Below are positions 48,951 through 60,585 of a DNA stretch of 64,000 bases, one piece after another (the stretch's first letter is position 1; each line of letters opens with the position of its first letter). Source of the DNA: an uncultured Chloroflexia bacterium. GTDB lineage: Bacteria > Chloroflexota > Limnocylindria > Limnocylindrales > CSP1-4. The DNA lies in assembly GCA_963838285.1 (NCBI GenBank), contig CAWIQP010000007.1, positions 194,193-258,192 on the forward strand, written 5' to 3'. The translations under genes and the position numbers were made by a program. The notes under the pieces were generated by a model. It worked only from the letters and a program-made list of their open reading frames with translations, was not told where the DNA came from and did no database searches.

Positions 48951-51029
48951 TTATTCTTCTTCTTTTTTCGATTCGGCGATAATTTTCTCAGCGATATAGG
49001 CGGGAACTTCCTCATAATGAGATTCGGTATAGGTAAAGTTGCCGCGACCGCTCGTCATCGAACGTAAATCAGGCGCGTATTTGAGGATTTCCGCCAGAGG
49101 AACCTGTCCTTTAATAACCTGATTGGTGCCGTTGGTATCCATTCCCTGAACCCGTCCGCGACGGCTGTTGAGATCGCCGATCACATCTCCCATGTATTCG
49201 TCGGGTACTTCAATGTCAATATTGACAATCGGTTCCAGTAGAATCGGTTGACATTCCATCACGCCTTTTTGAAAGGCCATCGATCCGGCAATTTTAAAAG
49301 CCATTTCTGACGAATCCACCGTGTGGTAAGATCCAAACGTAAGATTTATTCTGAAATCCACCACAGGGTAACCGGCGATCACGCCTTTTGCTGCTGCTTC
49401 CACAATGCCTTTTTCGACAGCCGGACGGTATTGGCCGGGAATAACGCCGCCGACTATTTTATCCTTAAACTCAAAACCGCCGCCGCGCGGCAACGGCTCG
49501 ATATCTATCCAGCAATCACCAAACTGACCGCGACCGCCGGATTGCTTCTTGTATTTGCCTTGGACGTTGGTTTTTCCTTTGATGGTTTCCAGATAGGGAA
49601 CTTTCGGCGTATTCAGATTGACTTCCACGCCGAATTTCCTTTTCATCTTTTCGATATTAACTTCAATATGAACCTGGCCCATACCGGAAAGAATCATTTC
49701 CTTGGTCTGAACATTGCGCGAAAAAACAATCGTCGGGTCCTCTTCCGTCAGGCGGTGAATTGAAGATGCAATCTTGTCTTCATCACCGCGGGTTTTCGGT
49801 TCGATGGCAAAAGACATGATAGGATGAGGTATTTCCACCTTGTCAAAAATGACCGGCGCTTTTTCAAAGCAAAGCGTATCGCCTGTCACAGTATCCTTGA
49901 GCTTGGCCACACCCGCAATATCTCCGGGGATAAGGCCTTCCGCCTGTTTCTGTGTTTTTCCTTCGAGAAAAAAGATATGACCGAATTTTTCAGTGATTTT
50001 TTTGGTCGAATTATACACGGATGAATCGGGGTTGAGTTTGCCGGAATAAACGCGGAATAAAGTCAGCCTTCCGGCGTACGGATCGGCGATAGTTTTGAAG
50101 ACAATCGCTGAAAAAGGAGCGTCTTCGGACGGCTGCCGTTCTTCAATATCTTCTGTTCCCGGTTTTTTGCCTATTTTTGCTCCGCGATCGACAGGCGACG
50201 CGAAGGCATTGACAATTAAGTCCATCAGCATCGATATTCCAATGCCTTTAATCGCCGAACCGCACATGACAGGAATAAGGCTTCCCGAGGAAATGCCTTT
50301 TTTCAAACCAGCTTTTAGTTCATCTGCCGAGAGTTCACCGGCTTCGAGATATTTATTCATCAGCTCGTCATCGGCTTCAGCAATGTCCTCCACCATCGAT
50401 CCGCGCAAATTATTTACTTCTTCCTTCATATCCGCAGGTATATCTATAACTTTCCCCGCGCCTTTATTATCGGCGAATAAATAAGCTTTCATTTCGATTA
50501 AATCAACAATGCCGTTGAATTTATCTTCAGAGCCGATAGGCAGGCAAACCGGAGTTGCTTTTTTCTTTAATTTGGTATTGATGCTTTCCATCGCTGATTT
50601 AAAAATCGCGCGTTCTTTATCCATTCTGTTGATAAAAATGATGCGGGGCAGTTTGAATTCGTCGGCTAATTCCCAGACTTTTTGGGTTTGAAATTCAACA
50701 CCGCCGACAGCGTCAACTACGATAACGGCGTTTTCAACAACGCTCATTGAGCATTTTGTATCGAAGGTAAAATTAGAATCTCCCGGCGTGTCAATAAAGT
50801 TAATTTTATGTTTTTCCCACTCGACAAAATTTGCCGCCGAGCTAATGGATATACGTTTTTTTTGCTCTTCGGGTTCAAAATCCATACAGGATGTCGCGTC
50901 ATCAACTCTTCCTAATCGTTCGCTTTTTCCTGAAACAAATAAAAAAGATTCACAAAGGGATGTTTTACCCGTTCCGCCGTGTCCGGCTACCGCTAAATTT
51001 CTTAGAGATTTTGATTCGTATTTTGCCAT
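48951..51029 (-). CDS. elongation factor G paralogue (EF-G2-like translational GTPase)
   Basis: GTPase G1–G4 motifs (AGHGGTGKTS, DTPG, NRMD), EF-G domains II–V. A divergent P-loop (GHGGTGKT instead of AHIDAGKT) is typical of EF-G2 paralogues. Confidence 0.9.
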   Translation of the reverse strand: MAKYESKSLRNLAVAGHGGTGKTSLCESFLFVSGKSERLGRVDDATSCMDFEPEEQKKRISISSAANFVEWEKHKINFIDTPGDSNFTFDTKCSMSVVENAVIVVDAVGGVEFQTQKVWELADEFKLPRIIFINRMDKERAIFKSAMESINTKLKKKATPVCLPIGSEDKFNGIVDLIEMKAYLFADNKGAGKVIDIPADMKEEVNNLRGSMVEDIAEADDELMNKYLEAGELSADELKAGLKKGISSGSLIPVMCGSAIKGIGISMLMDLIVNAFASPVDRGAKIGKKPGTEDIEERQPSEDAPFSAIVFKTIADPYAGRLTLFRVYSGKLNPDSSVYNSTKKITEKFGHIFFLEGKTQKQAEGLIPGDIAGVAKLKDTVTGDTLCFEKAPVIFDKVEIPHPIMSFAIEPKTRGDEDKIASSIHRLTEEDPTIVFSRNVQTKEMILSGMGQVHIEVNIEKMKRKFGVEVNLNTPKVPYLETIKGKTNVQGKYKKQSGGRGQFGDCWIDIEPLPRGGGFEFKDKIVGGVIPGQYRPAVEKGIVEAAAKGVIAGYPVVDFRINLTFGSYHTVDSSEMAFKIAGSMAFQKGVMECQPILLEPIVNIDIEVPDEYMGDVIGDLNSRRGRVQGMDTNGTNQVIKGQVPLAEILKYAPDLRSMTSGRGNFTYTESHYEEVPAYIAEKIIAESKKEEE

Positions 51030-51362
51030 GAAAACTCCTTTCAATGCCTCTGTGCTGTTCTATAGAGCCGATGGATTTAAATGCAGGCTTTTAACGTATC
51101 CGGCAAGTTAAATCAAGACAAATTTAAACATGATATTTCCGGATCATTGCCGAAAAAAGCAGGGAATGAGTTGAATATTACAATGAAAATGACAGTTTTT
51201 ATAACAGGAATTATTTTATTAAATTTGAACATTCCGCCATCGCGTTTCTTAAAATAAAATTATTCACCGATTCCGGCTTGTATATATGAGTATTTTACTT
51301 TATAAACGCTCATCATTTGCAGGTATAAAAAATAGAAAATATTATTTTGGTATAATGTATAG

Positions 51363-53290
51363 ATGATTGATTATGAAAAAGAGCTTAATTCCGAACAATA
51401 TCGAGTTGTAATGGAAGAGGGCGGTCCGCTCCTGGTACTTGCCGGAGCGGGAAGCGGCAAAACCCGCACATTGACATACAGGGTTGCCCGTCTTCTGGAG
51501 AGTGGTGTTTCCCCCGAAAGCATATTGCTGGCGACATTTACCAACAAAGCCGCAAATTCCATGCTCAATCGCGTGGAGAGCCTTATCAATTCCTACACCG
51601 GCAGAATTATGGGCGGCACATTTCATCATATCGCTCACCGGCTGTTGAGAAGCAATGCGTATCTTCTCGGTTATAAAAGCAACTTTTCTATTGTTGACAG
51701 TGAAGATTCCCGCCAGCTTATTTCCACATGCCTGGCCGAACTTAAAATTGATACCAAAAAAAGTAAATTCCCCAAGAGCAATATTCTTGCCGAAATCATC
51801 GGATTGGCAATGAATACCCAAAACACACTACAAGATATTGTTGAATCAAAATATCCCTACTTCCTTCATCTGATTGAGGAAATTACCCAGGTAGCAATTC
51901 TGTATATTCAAAAGAAGAAAGATCTCTCCATAATGGACTTTGATGACCTGTTGTACAATTGCCGCTCACTTCTTCTTGATCATCCTGATGTCTTAAAAAA
52001 CATTGCGGGAAGATTTAAGTATGTGCTGGTGGATGAATATCAGGATACGAATATTATTCAAGCGGATATCGTCGATTTGCTGGCTTCATGCCATCGGAAT
52101 TTGATGGTGGTCGGAGATGATTCGCAAAGCATTTATTCATTTCGTGGCGCGAATTTCAGCAATATAATCAATTTTCCCGATCGTTATCCGGACTGTAAAA
52201 TATTCAAACTGGAAACGAACTATCGCAGTACGCCGGAAATACTGCATCTGGCGAATTTGAGTATAAACGAATAATGAAAAACAGTTCCCTAAAGAATTAA
52301 GAGCAGTGCGCTCAAATGGCATGCGGCCGGTTATGGTTTCCGCCGCAAAACGTTGTGAAACAGGCGGATTTTGTGACGCAGAGGATTACGGAATTGGTTC
52401 GTTGCGGTGATCCGCTGAAAGAAATAGCCATTCTTTACCGCGCGCATTATCATTCCATGGAAATGCAGATGGAATTTGTCCGGCGCGATATTCCCTTTGA
52501 TATCCGTTCCGGCATCCGTTTTTTTGAGCAGGCGCATATTAAAGATGTGACTTCCTATATGCGGTTATAGTCAATCCCGGCGATGAACTGGCCTGGCAGC
52601 GATTGCTGTTGATGTATCCGAAAGTGGGAAAGGTGACATTCAATAAAATTTGGAAATATTTATCAAAGCAGCAAAATCCTCTGGAGGCGATTTTTGACAA
52701 AGGAATTCATGCAGATTGTGCCCAAGCAGGGACAACCGCGGGATAGCGGAATTCCGTAAAACAATCCAATTACTTTTAGAGATGCCCGCGGTGACCGTAT
52801 GCCGGAAAAAATAATAGATGTTTTATTAAATAGAGGCAATTATCGCGTTTATTTACAGGATAATTATTCCGACACCTCCTCACGTGAAGAAGACCTGATT
52901 CAGTTGGGAAATTTTTCCGCCCAGTTTTTGCAAATGGAAGATTTCTTAAATGAGTTGGCTTTGCTCACTAATATGGCCAAGGAAGAGGGCGCAGGGGAAG
53001 AAAATGATGAGGACAAGGTGGCTTTGAGCACAATCCATCAGGCCAAAGGGCTGGAATGGTCTTATGTTTTCTTAATCTGGTGCGCGGACGGCATGATTCC
53101 GTTGCAGCGGGCGTTGAAAGAAGAAGGTGGCGAAGAAGAGGAAAGAAGACTCTTTTATGTGGCGGTGACCGAGCCAAGGATCAACTCTACCTGTGTTATC
53201 CTGCCTTGGATTATACACGCTCTTCCGGCGCTTTAAGTTGTCCCCTCGCGGTTTATCAGAGAAATAACGCCGCTTTCCGAATATGATGAG
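51363..53290 (+). pseudogene. UvrD/Rep/PcrA-family DNA helicase, broken into at least four frames
   Basis: 51363..52274 carries helicase motifs I–III (AGAGSGKT, ATFTNKAA, VLVDEYQDTN, GDDSQSIYSFRGA). Later motifs (TNYRS; ILYRAHYHS; TIHQAKGLEWSYVFL) are in other frames. Confidence 0.7.
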
Positions 53291-53682
53291 GAGCGGCCGT
53301 TTGAGCAATGGGCCATTTATGATGATTATTGATACCTGGTCGCATTCTTCGGTTAACTTTGTTGGCATCGTCGTCGGCTTCCGTGGGCGTATGTTCATAT
53401 ACGCCTCGTAGCCTCCTCCTTGCCGCCTCGTTATCCTTTGAATGCAATCAGGTATAAATGAATCATTCTAAATCTATATTATTAATTTGACATGATTAAT
53501 CAAGGAATAAGCAGCAACCATGTTTTATAAAAGGCGTTGCAGTTTGCCGCAAATAAGAGTAAAAATTATACACTATTGTATGCGCATTTCATAAATAGCA
53601 TTAAATCCGGTTACTAAAAAGATAACTGTTCGGGCGTCTTGTTTTTATCTGTTTTGTACTCAAATTTTTAAAGGATGATTAT

Positions 53683-54507
53683 ATGAAGAAAATAATTCTG
53701 CAGGGGCGTTCAACTTATGACGGAGCCGGAGTTAAATTGAAACGTATTTTCGCGCAGGATCATACAAAGCTTACGGATCCATTCCTCCTTCTTGATCATT
53801 TCGGTTCAGACAATCCTGAAGATTATATCAAAGGCTTTCCCTGGCATCCTCATCGCGGAATCGAAACTGTGACTTATATGCTTGGCGGAACCGTTGAGCA
53901 TGGCGACAATATCGGGAACAAGGGCACAATCGGGCCGGGTGATATTCAGTGGATGACAGCCGGCAGCGGTGTGATTCATCAGGAGATGCCGAAAGCTTCA
54001 AAAGAAATGATGCATGGTTTGCAGTTGTGGGTAAATCTGCCCGCGAAAAATAAAATGACAGGGCCGCGCTACAGAGGCATTCTGGATAGTGAGGTGCCCA
54101 TTGTAAAGATACCGGGCGCAGAAGTGCGGGTGATAGCAGGTTCTTACAAAAATGTAGAAGGGCCCGTACGGGAACTGATAATTGATGTTGAGTATCTGGA
54201 TATCCGGTTAAAGAAGGGAAATGCAACGTCGCATAAGGCTAAAAAAGGGTACAAAAGTTTTTGTTACCTTATTGAGGGAACGGGAGAATTTGATGAGATG
54301 AGGCTGGAAAAAGGAAATTTGATGCTGTTAACGGATGCCGGGAATATTGCCGTAAAGGCGATGGAAGATATTCATTACATATTTGTTACCGGCAAACAGC
54401 TCAACGAACCTATCGCGTGGGGCGGTCCGATTGTTATGAATACGCCCGAAGAGCTTGAACTGGCTTTCAGAGAGCTTGATGAAGGTACGTTTATCAGGAA
54501 AAAATAA
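53683..54507 (+). CDS. pirin-family protein (bicupin)
   Basis: HPHRGIETVTYMLGG...HGD metal-binding motifs in the N-terminal cupin, and a C-terminal cupin. Confidence 0.9.
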   Translation: MKKIILQGRSTYDGAGVKLKRIFAQDHTKLTDPFLLLDHFGSDNPEDYIKGFPWHPHRGIETVTYMLGGTVEHGDNIGNKGTIGPGDIQWMTAGSGVIHQEMPKASKEMMHGLQLWVNLPAKNKMTGPRYRGILDSEVPIVKIPGAEVRVIAGSYKNVEGPVRELIIDVEYLDIRLKKGNATSHKAKKGYKSFCYLIEGTGEFDEMRLEKGNLMLLTDAGNIAVKAMEDIHYIFVTGKQLNEPIAWGGPIVMNTPEELELAFRELDEGTFIRKK

Positions 54508-54660
54508 AAAAATGCCCGGGCTGTTCTGGGATAATGCAACTCATATGAAACAATTTGGAAGAAGCAGATCGAAACTGAATATTTTTGCACAAGCAGTATG
54601 ATTGCTCCAGCCCAAAGGAAGAAAGCACTGTTAAAGAATCAACGGCAGTATCCCTTGTCT

Positions 54661-56480
54661 TTAGTCGCTTCTAAAAGTTTGCAATTTCCCAATGCGCACG
54701 CTTTTTGCGCATCGCGGCAGCCGGTCTCTATATTTCCCTGATTTAAATAAACTGATCGCTCTGTTGTAGTAGGCATCGGCATAATCCGGGTTTAGCCGGA
54801 TGGCTTCATTAAAGTCCTCAAACGCACGTTGATACTGACCAAGTTTAACATAAACAACTTCCCCTGTTGTAGTAGGCATCGGCATAATCGGGTTCAGAGC
54901 GATAGCTTTATTATAAATCCTCGAAGCGCCGTTGATACTTGCCCAAGTTTAGAGTAAGCAATTCCCCTGTTGTTGTAGACGATCGTAATAATTGGGTTTT
55001 AGCCGGATTGCCTCATTATAATGATACGATAGCTTCCTCGATTTTGCCTTTTTTATACAGGGCAGCGCCTAAACTGTTATGCGCCATATAATTATTCTTT
55101 GTTACCTGCAAAGCATGATTAAAAAGCTCGATGCTGTCTCTCCAGTAACCGCATTGCTGCCATGTTAAAACCGCCAGGATGGCAAGAAAGGCTATGCCTG
55201 CCGGGAATAAAATCTTTTTGCGCATATCTTCGTGTTTAATCAAAAACGGAATGCCCCAGGCAAGCATAATGGCAAGGCCGATAGAGGGCAGGTAATGGTA
55301 GCGGTCGGCCATCGCGTAGGCATTTTAACGATACCTGAATGATTCCGATAACCGGTAAAAGGGTTATCGCGAACCACAACCATCCGACAAACAGATACGG
55401 CAGACGTTTTACCATTACAATAACGGCAGCGCTGATAACGATAATCAAAAGAGCGGCTCCTAAAACCTGCCAGACCGGAAGTTGATCGGAAAAAGGATAA
55501 AAAACAGCCAGATCATACGGCCAGAATGTTTTTTCCAGATAAGTCACAAAAGCAACAGGCGCGTTGGCCAGCCGGGAACCCAGGGAAAAGACTTTTAACG
55601 AAGTGTCTTGTTACTCGGAGTATAAAGCGTGATGATAGAAAAGACTGCCGATAAGATAAAAAAAGGTATTTTTTCCCAAAGCTGCCATACAGGAATTATT
55701 CCCGCAATTCTGGTTTCCGGTAATTTCTGCGCTATGGAGTGAAGATATATTTTTCTTTAAAGCTTCTTGTTTTGCTTTGTTTTTCTTTTTTTCTTTATTT
55801 GATGGCAACGGAAATAATTTCCGGTCATGTTTGTTACTGATTTTTCGCGACTCAAGACGGTTAAGCGGCCAGTAATCCAGAAGAATCAAAATCACAGGCA
55901 AAGTGACAACCATGGGCTTGCTCATAAGAGCCAAGACAAAGCAAAACACAACAAGCAGATATCTTTTTATAACCGGTTTTTCCGTGTAATAGACATACAG
56001 GCATAAAGTAAGCATCCAGAAAAATGCGCTCAAGACATCTTTGCGTTCAGATATCCAGGCAACCGATTCCACATGAAGCGGATGAAGCGCAAAGAGCGCC
56101 GCGACAAAGGCGCTCTTCCAGACGGCTCCTGTCATGCGGTTAAAAAGCCAGAAGAGCAATAATGTGCTGAGAATATGCAGGATAAGATTGGTTAGATGAT
56201 AACCGCCGGCATTCAAACCGTGAAGCTGATAATCGAACATGAAGGAAAGCCAGACGAGAGGATTCCATAAGTCGGCATATGTTGTGCTGAACGCCCAGCG
56301 AAATCCATCGAGCGTGATTCCGGATTGGATATGACTGTTCTCGGTGACATAAACATGATCATCGAAATTAATAAAGCCATATTGATTCACCTGCCAGTAA
56401 ACAGCCAGCGTAACAACTGTTAAAATGATATAAACGATCAGTTTTTGTTTTCTGGGACTAATATTTATTTTATTAAACAT
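54661..56480 (-). pseudogene. TMTC-like protein: N-terminal PMT/GT39-like polytopic membrane domain plus C-terminal TPR repeats, frameshifted
   Basis: ORF 55611..56480 is a multi-TM domain. ORFs 55236..55547, 55016..55312 and 54661..54885 carry TPR motifs in different frames. The DNA has three about 100-bp near-identical tandem units (54760–55010). Confidence 0.55.
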
Positions 56481-56711
56481 ATCCGGTTTTTAATTTCCTT
56501 TAATCACGCAAGTCAAACCTTTCACAAAACAGACGCCAAAAGTTCTTTTTTCTGTATCATGATGTTAAAGGAAATAAAAGCACATCAAGAGGGGAAGCTA
56601 AATAAACATTTTACACTATTGAATAATAAAATTTCATTAGTGAAAGCAATTCAATACCTGCATCCTTGTCGTAAGACTCACTTGATTCTTTAGGATTAAA
56701 TAAAGAATCTA

Positions 56712-57830
56712 TTATCGGAACGTCACGCGGAAACGCATCATGGCGCAAATAAATAACACGGTTCCGATGGCTGCCATAGCAAGGAGCTGCTGCCAGACGT
56801 CACCGATTCCCGCATTCCTGATGAGTACGCGGGAGCAGAATTCCATGTAGTGGGTGGTTGGGGCGAACTGCATAATGATCTGGAGGAATCTGGGCATGGA
56901 CTCTATAGGGGTTGTTCCGCCGTTGAGCATCGAGATGGGCACGATGATAGGTATGCTCAAAAGGCCTGCCTGGGGCTGATTCTTGGCGATGGTGGCAAGA
57001 AACACGCCGAGTTCGGTTGTCGCATAGAGAAAGACCATGGTTCCGAAGATGAACAGAATCGTTGACCCGTGAATGGGAGCCCCTATAATCCACTTTACGG
57101 CGAAAAAGAGCGAGAACATGGTGCCTATTAACACTATAAAGCTGTTGGCCCAGACCTTGGCGATGGTGATTTCCAGAGGGACCAGCGGCATGACGAGCAG
57201 ATGCTCCACGGTGCCGCGCTCCTTTTCTTTGATGAGGGCCGCGGAGGGCAGCACAATGGAAAGGAGTGTAATCATGTGGCCAAGCAGTACAATGCTCATA
57301 AACCAGGCGTTTTCGTTGTTCGGGTTATACATGATACGGGTATTCAACAAAATGGGAGGATCGGCGGGCTTCCGGGAGCCCTGCAAAAATGTATTTATCT
57401 CCCGGTTTATGATCTGGCTTAAGTAGGTCGTGCCGAGCTTGGCGTGGCCGACGACCGTGGCATCGACGTCGATGCTGATATCAGGGTTTTTCCCGGATTG
57501 CAGGTCATTCTGAAAGCCCGGCGGTATGTGGAGAACAAAGATATATTCCGCCCTGTCCATAACCCGGTTTATGTCGTGGTATGAGATGGGCTGAGGTTTC
57601 TGGAAAAAGGGCATCTGGATGGCGTCGATTATGCTCCGGGACAATGGGGACTGGTCTTCATCCACATAGGCGATCGATGAGTTGCGCACCTGCACGCCGG
57701 TGCCTTTCGCGGGGACTATGACCATGACTGTGAAGGAATAGATGACCATAATCACCAGTACATAGTCATAACGGAAGCTGATGAGTTCTTTTAAACCGAG
57801 CCGGTAGATGTGCCAGAGTTTTCTGATCAT
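56712..57830 (-). CDS. ABC-2-type transporter permease (YhhJ-like)
   Basis: Six predicted TM helices with the ABC-2 membrane domain. Immediately downstream of the fused ABC ATPase-permease. Confidence 0.8.
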   Translation of the reverse strand: MIRKLWHIYRLGLKELISFRYDYVLVIMVIYSFTVMVIVPAKGTGVQVRNSSIAYVDEDQSPLSRSIIDAIQMPFFQKPQPISYHDINRVMDRAEYIFVLHIPPGFQNDLQSGKNPDISIDVDATVVGHAKLGTTYLSQIINREINTFLQGSRKPADPPILLNTRIMYNPNNENAWFMSIVLLGHMITLLSIVLPSAALIKEKERGTVEHLLVMPLVPLEITIAKVWANSFIVLIGTMFSLFFAVKWIIGAPIHGSTILFIFGTMVFLYATTELGVFLATIAKNQPQAGLLSIPIIVPISMLNGGTTPIESMPRFLQIIMQFAPTTHYMEFCSRVLIRNAGIGDVWQQLLAMAAIGTVLFICAMMRFRVTFR

Positions 57831-57831
57831 G

Positions 57832-60585
57832 CTATTTCTCCTGTTTTTTCAGCAAAAAGACTGTCATGGTCTGAATGACCGCATAGATCATGGCCAGGTA
57901 GATGAAGTTCCACACAAGTTCAGGGAAACCGATCCCTTTGGTGAAGGTGCCCACGCTGATATTCAGTAAATAGCGCGCGGGAAAGATCCATGACATGAAC
58001 TTGGCCCCGCCGACGAGCGTTGAGGCAGGGGATGTGAGCCCAGATAAATCGAATGAGGGCACCAGGGTAATAACAAAGGCGGCAAGCAGGGCGGCGATCT
58101 GGGTCTGGGTGAAGGTCGATATGAGTAGGCCTAAACCGGTGCTGATAATAATATAGAGCGTTGCTCCGGCGGCAAGGGCGGGGAAACTCCCATGGAAGGG
58201 GATGTTGAACAAGAATTTGATTACCCCCAGAAGGATAACGAAGGTTATTGCCGTAATCACAATGTAGGGTATTTGCTTGCCCCAGAGAAATTCAAGCTTG
58301 GTCATAGGGCTTGAGTAGAAGTTGGCAATGGAACCGAATTCCTTTTCCCTCACTACACCAATAGCCGTGAGCATGGAGGGTACGAGCATGAGCACGACGG
58401 CCAGCAGGCCGGGTACGACGGAATACTTGCTTTTTATCAGCGGGTTATACCAGTATCGGGGCTGTACGTGTGTGGATGAAGCGGCCATGGGAATGGGTGA
58501 CCGATCGGCAAGATTCATGAGATAGGACAGATGCACGGCTTCTGCATAGTTTTTGGTAGTCTCCGCCCGAAAAGGCATTGTGCCGTCTATCCAGAGTCCT
58601 ACCGAAGGGTTCTTGCCCTTCTTGATGTCTTTTTCGAAACCTGGAGGGATTTCGACAACCACGTTAAACTCGCCGCTCTGAAAGCCCTTGTCTATTTCGG
58701 ACGGGGAGTTTATGGGCTTGTGTTGGCTGAAATACCGCGAACTGGAGAAAGACTCCAGGTATTCGCGGCTCAACGGCTTCTGATCGTAGTCAAGGGTGCT
58801 GTATTTGATGTTGTCAATATCTGTCGATATGCCGAAGCCGAAGACAATGAGGAGGAAAGGCGAGACGATGAATGATGTGATGAGCCTGACCGGGTCCCGG
58901 AACAATTCGATGGATTCCCTCCGGGCCAGGGCTGCCAGCCGGTAAATGTCAAAGAGGCGGCTGTGTTTTTTGATGCGTTCGGATTTCATCATGAACGGGA
59001 CGGTTTGTTTTTCATCATCTATCCCGCTGATGGTATTTTTGGCAATGTCATCTTTCATATAGCCGATAAAGGCCTCTTCGAGGGTGGAGCAGTCGCGCGC
59101 GCGGACAAGTTCTTTAGGTGCGTCGCAGGCAAGGACGCGGCCCATGCTCATGAGGGCGACCCTGTCGCAGCGGTCTGCCTCATTCATGTAATGGGTGGTC
59201 ACAAAAATGGTTACGCCGTCCTCTCTGGAGAGATTTATGAGCAGCTCCCAGAAGTGATCTCTGGCCACAGGATCGACGCCTGACGTAGGTTCGTCGAGGA
59301 TCAGGATTTCGGGCTTGTGAATGGCGGCAACAGCCAAAGAGAGGCGCTGACGGATGCCCAGAGGAAGGCGTTCAGTCCGGTCGTTCATGACATCGTTGAG
59401 TCCGAACTTGACAGCCATTTCCTTCACCCTGAAAGGAACATCCTCATTTGGTATATCGAAGAGATGCGCGTGCATTTCCAGGTTCTGCCGCACGGTAAGC
59501 TCACCATACAGCGAAAAACTCTGCGACATATATCCGATGCGCTTTTTCAGTTCGATGCTCCCGGTTTCCACGGAACTGCCGAAAATGTAGGCCTGACCAT
59601 GCGTGGGATGCAAAAGCCCGGTGAGCATCTTCATGGTTGTGGTCTTGCCGCAGCCGTTTGATCCGACAAAACCGAAGATCTCGCCTTTGGGTATGGTAAA
59701 AGAGACATCATCAACTGCTGTAAAGTTACCGAATTTTTTGGTCAGGTTGTTTGCCTCAATGGCGGAGCCGTCATCCGATGCTATTCTCGGCGGTGTCGTA
59801 AAGACTCTGTGCCCATACCGCATCTCTTCAGGAAGCATGGCGATGTAAGCGTCTTCTATGGTTGTCCTGCCGGTTTTTTTCTTTAATTCTCCGGGCGTTC
59901 CTGAAGCAAGGACACGGCCGCCTTCCATCATGACAAGCCAGTCAAGGTGTTCGGCCTCATCCATGTAGGCCGTCGCGATGATAATGCTCATTCCCGAGTG
60001 GTGGGTGCTCATGTCCTTGACGAGTTCCCAGAACTGGCGCCGCGAAAGGGGGTCGACACCGGTTGTGGGTTCGTCCATAATGAGCACATCAGGATTGTGG
60101 ATCAGCGCACAGCATAAACCAAGTTTCTGTTTCATGCCCCCTGAAAGCTGGCCTGCGGGCCTATGGGCAAAGGGTGCAAGATTTGTGGCCTTCAGAAGCC
60201 TCTCGATGCGTTCCTTTCTTTCGGCGCGGGAGAATCCAAACAGGCGTCCGAAAAAATCCACATTTTCATAGACGGAAAGCGTGGCATAGAGATTTTGGCC
60301 CAGGCCCTGGGGGATATAGGCAATCTCCGAGCATACATTATGGCGGTGGATGCCTGAACGCATGGAGCCGCTAAGCACATGAATGTCGCCGGTCTGTATC
60401 TTTTTCTGTCCTGCGATAAGGCCTAGCAGGGTTGATTTACCCACGCCGTCTGGCCCGATCAAGCCCACCTGGCATCCGGCGGGTATATGAAGATCAATTG
60501 AATCAAGGGCGATCTTCTTGCCGTAGCGATGTTTTACCCCTTCAATATGCGCGATGGAATCATGGCCGTTCATGCAGGTATTCAC
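57832..60585 (-). CDS. fused ABC protein with two ATP-binding cassettes and an ABC-2 permease domain (RbbA/YhiH-like)
   Basis: Two Walker A (GPDGVGKST; GSNGCGKTT), two LSGGM/Q signature motifs, two Walker B (LIMDEPT; LILDEPT) and a C-terminal six-TM ABC-2 domain. 917 aa. Confidence 0.85.
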   Translation of the reverse strand: MNTCMNGHDSIAHIEGVKHRYGKKIALDSIDLHIPAGCQVGLIGPDGVGKSTLLGLIAGQKKIQTGDIHVLSGSMRSGIHRHNVCSEIAYIPQGLGQNLYATLSVYENVDFFGRLFGFSRAERKERIERLLKATNLAPFAHRPAGQLSGGMKQKLGLCCALIHNPDVLIMDEPTTGVDPLSRRQFWELVKDMSTHHSGMSIIIATAYMDEAEHLDWLVMMEGGRVLASGTPGELKKKTGRTTIEDAYIAMLPEEMRYGHRVFTTPPRIASDDGSAIEANNLTKKFGNFTAVDDVSFTIPKGEIFGFVGSNGCGKTTTMKMLTGLLHPTHGQAYIFGSSVETGSIELKKRIGYMSQSFSLYGELTVRQNLEMHAHLFDIPNEDVPFRVKEMAVKFGLNDVMNDRTERLPLGIRQRLSLAVAAIHKPEILILDEPTSGVDPVARDHFWELLINLSREDGVTIFVTTHYMNEADRCDRVALMSMGRVLACDAPKELVRARDCSTLEEAFIGYMKDDIAKNTISGIDDEKQTVPFMMKSERIKKHSRLFDIYRLAALARRESIELFRDPVRLITSFIVSPFLLIVFGFGISTDIDNIKYSTLDYDQKPLSREYLESFSSSRYFSQHKPINSPSEIDKGFQSGEFNVVVEIPPGFEKDIKKGKNPSVGLWIDGTMPFRAETTKNYAEAVHLSYLMNLADRSPIPMAASSTHVQPRYWYNPLIKSKYSVVPGLLAVVLMLVPSMLTAIGVVREKEFGSIANFYSSPMTKLEFLWGKQIPYIVITAITFVILLGVIKFLFNIPFHGSFPALAAGATLYIIISTGLGLLISTFTQTQIAALLAAFVITLVPSFDLSGLTSPASTLVGGAKFMSWIFPARYLLNISVGTFTKGIGFPELVWNFIYLAMIYAVIQTMTVFLLKKQEK

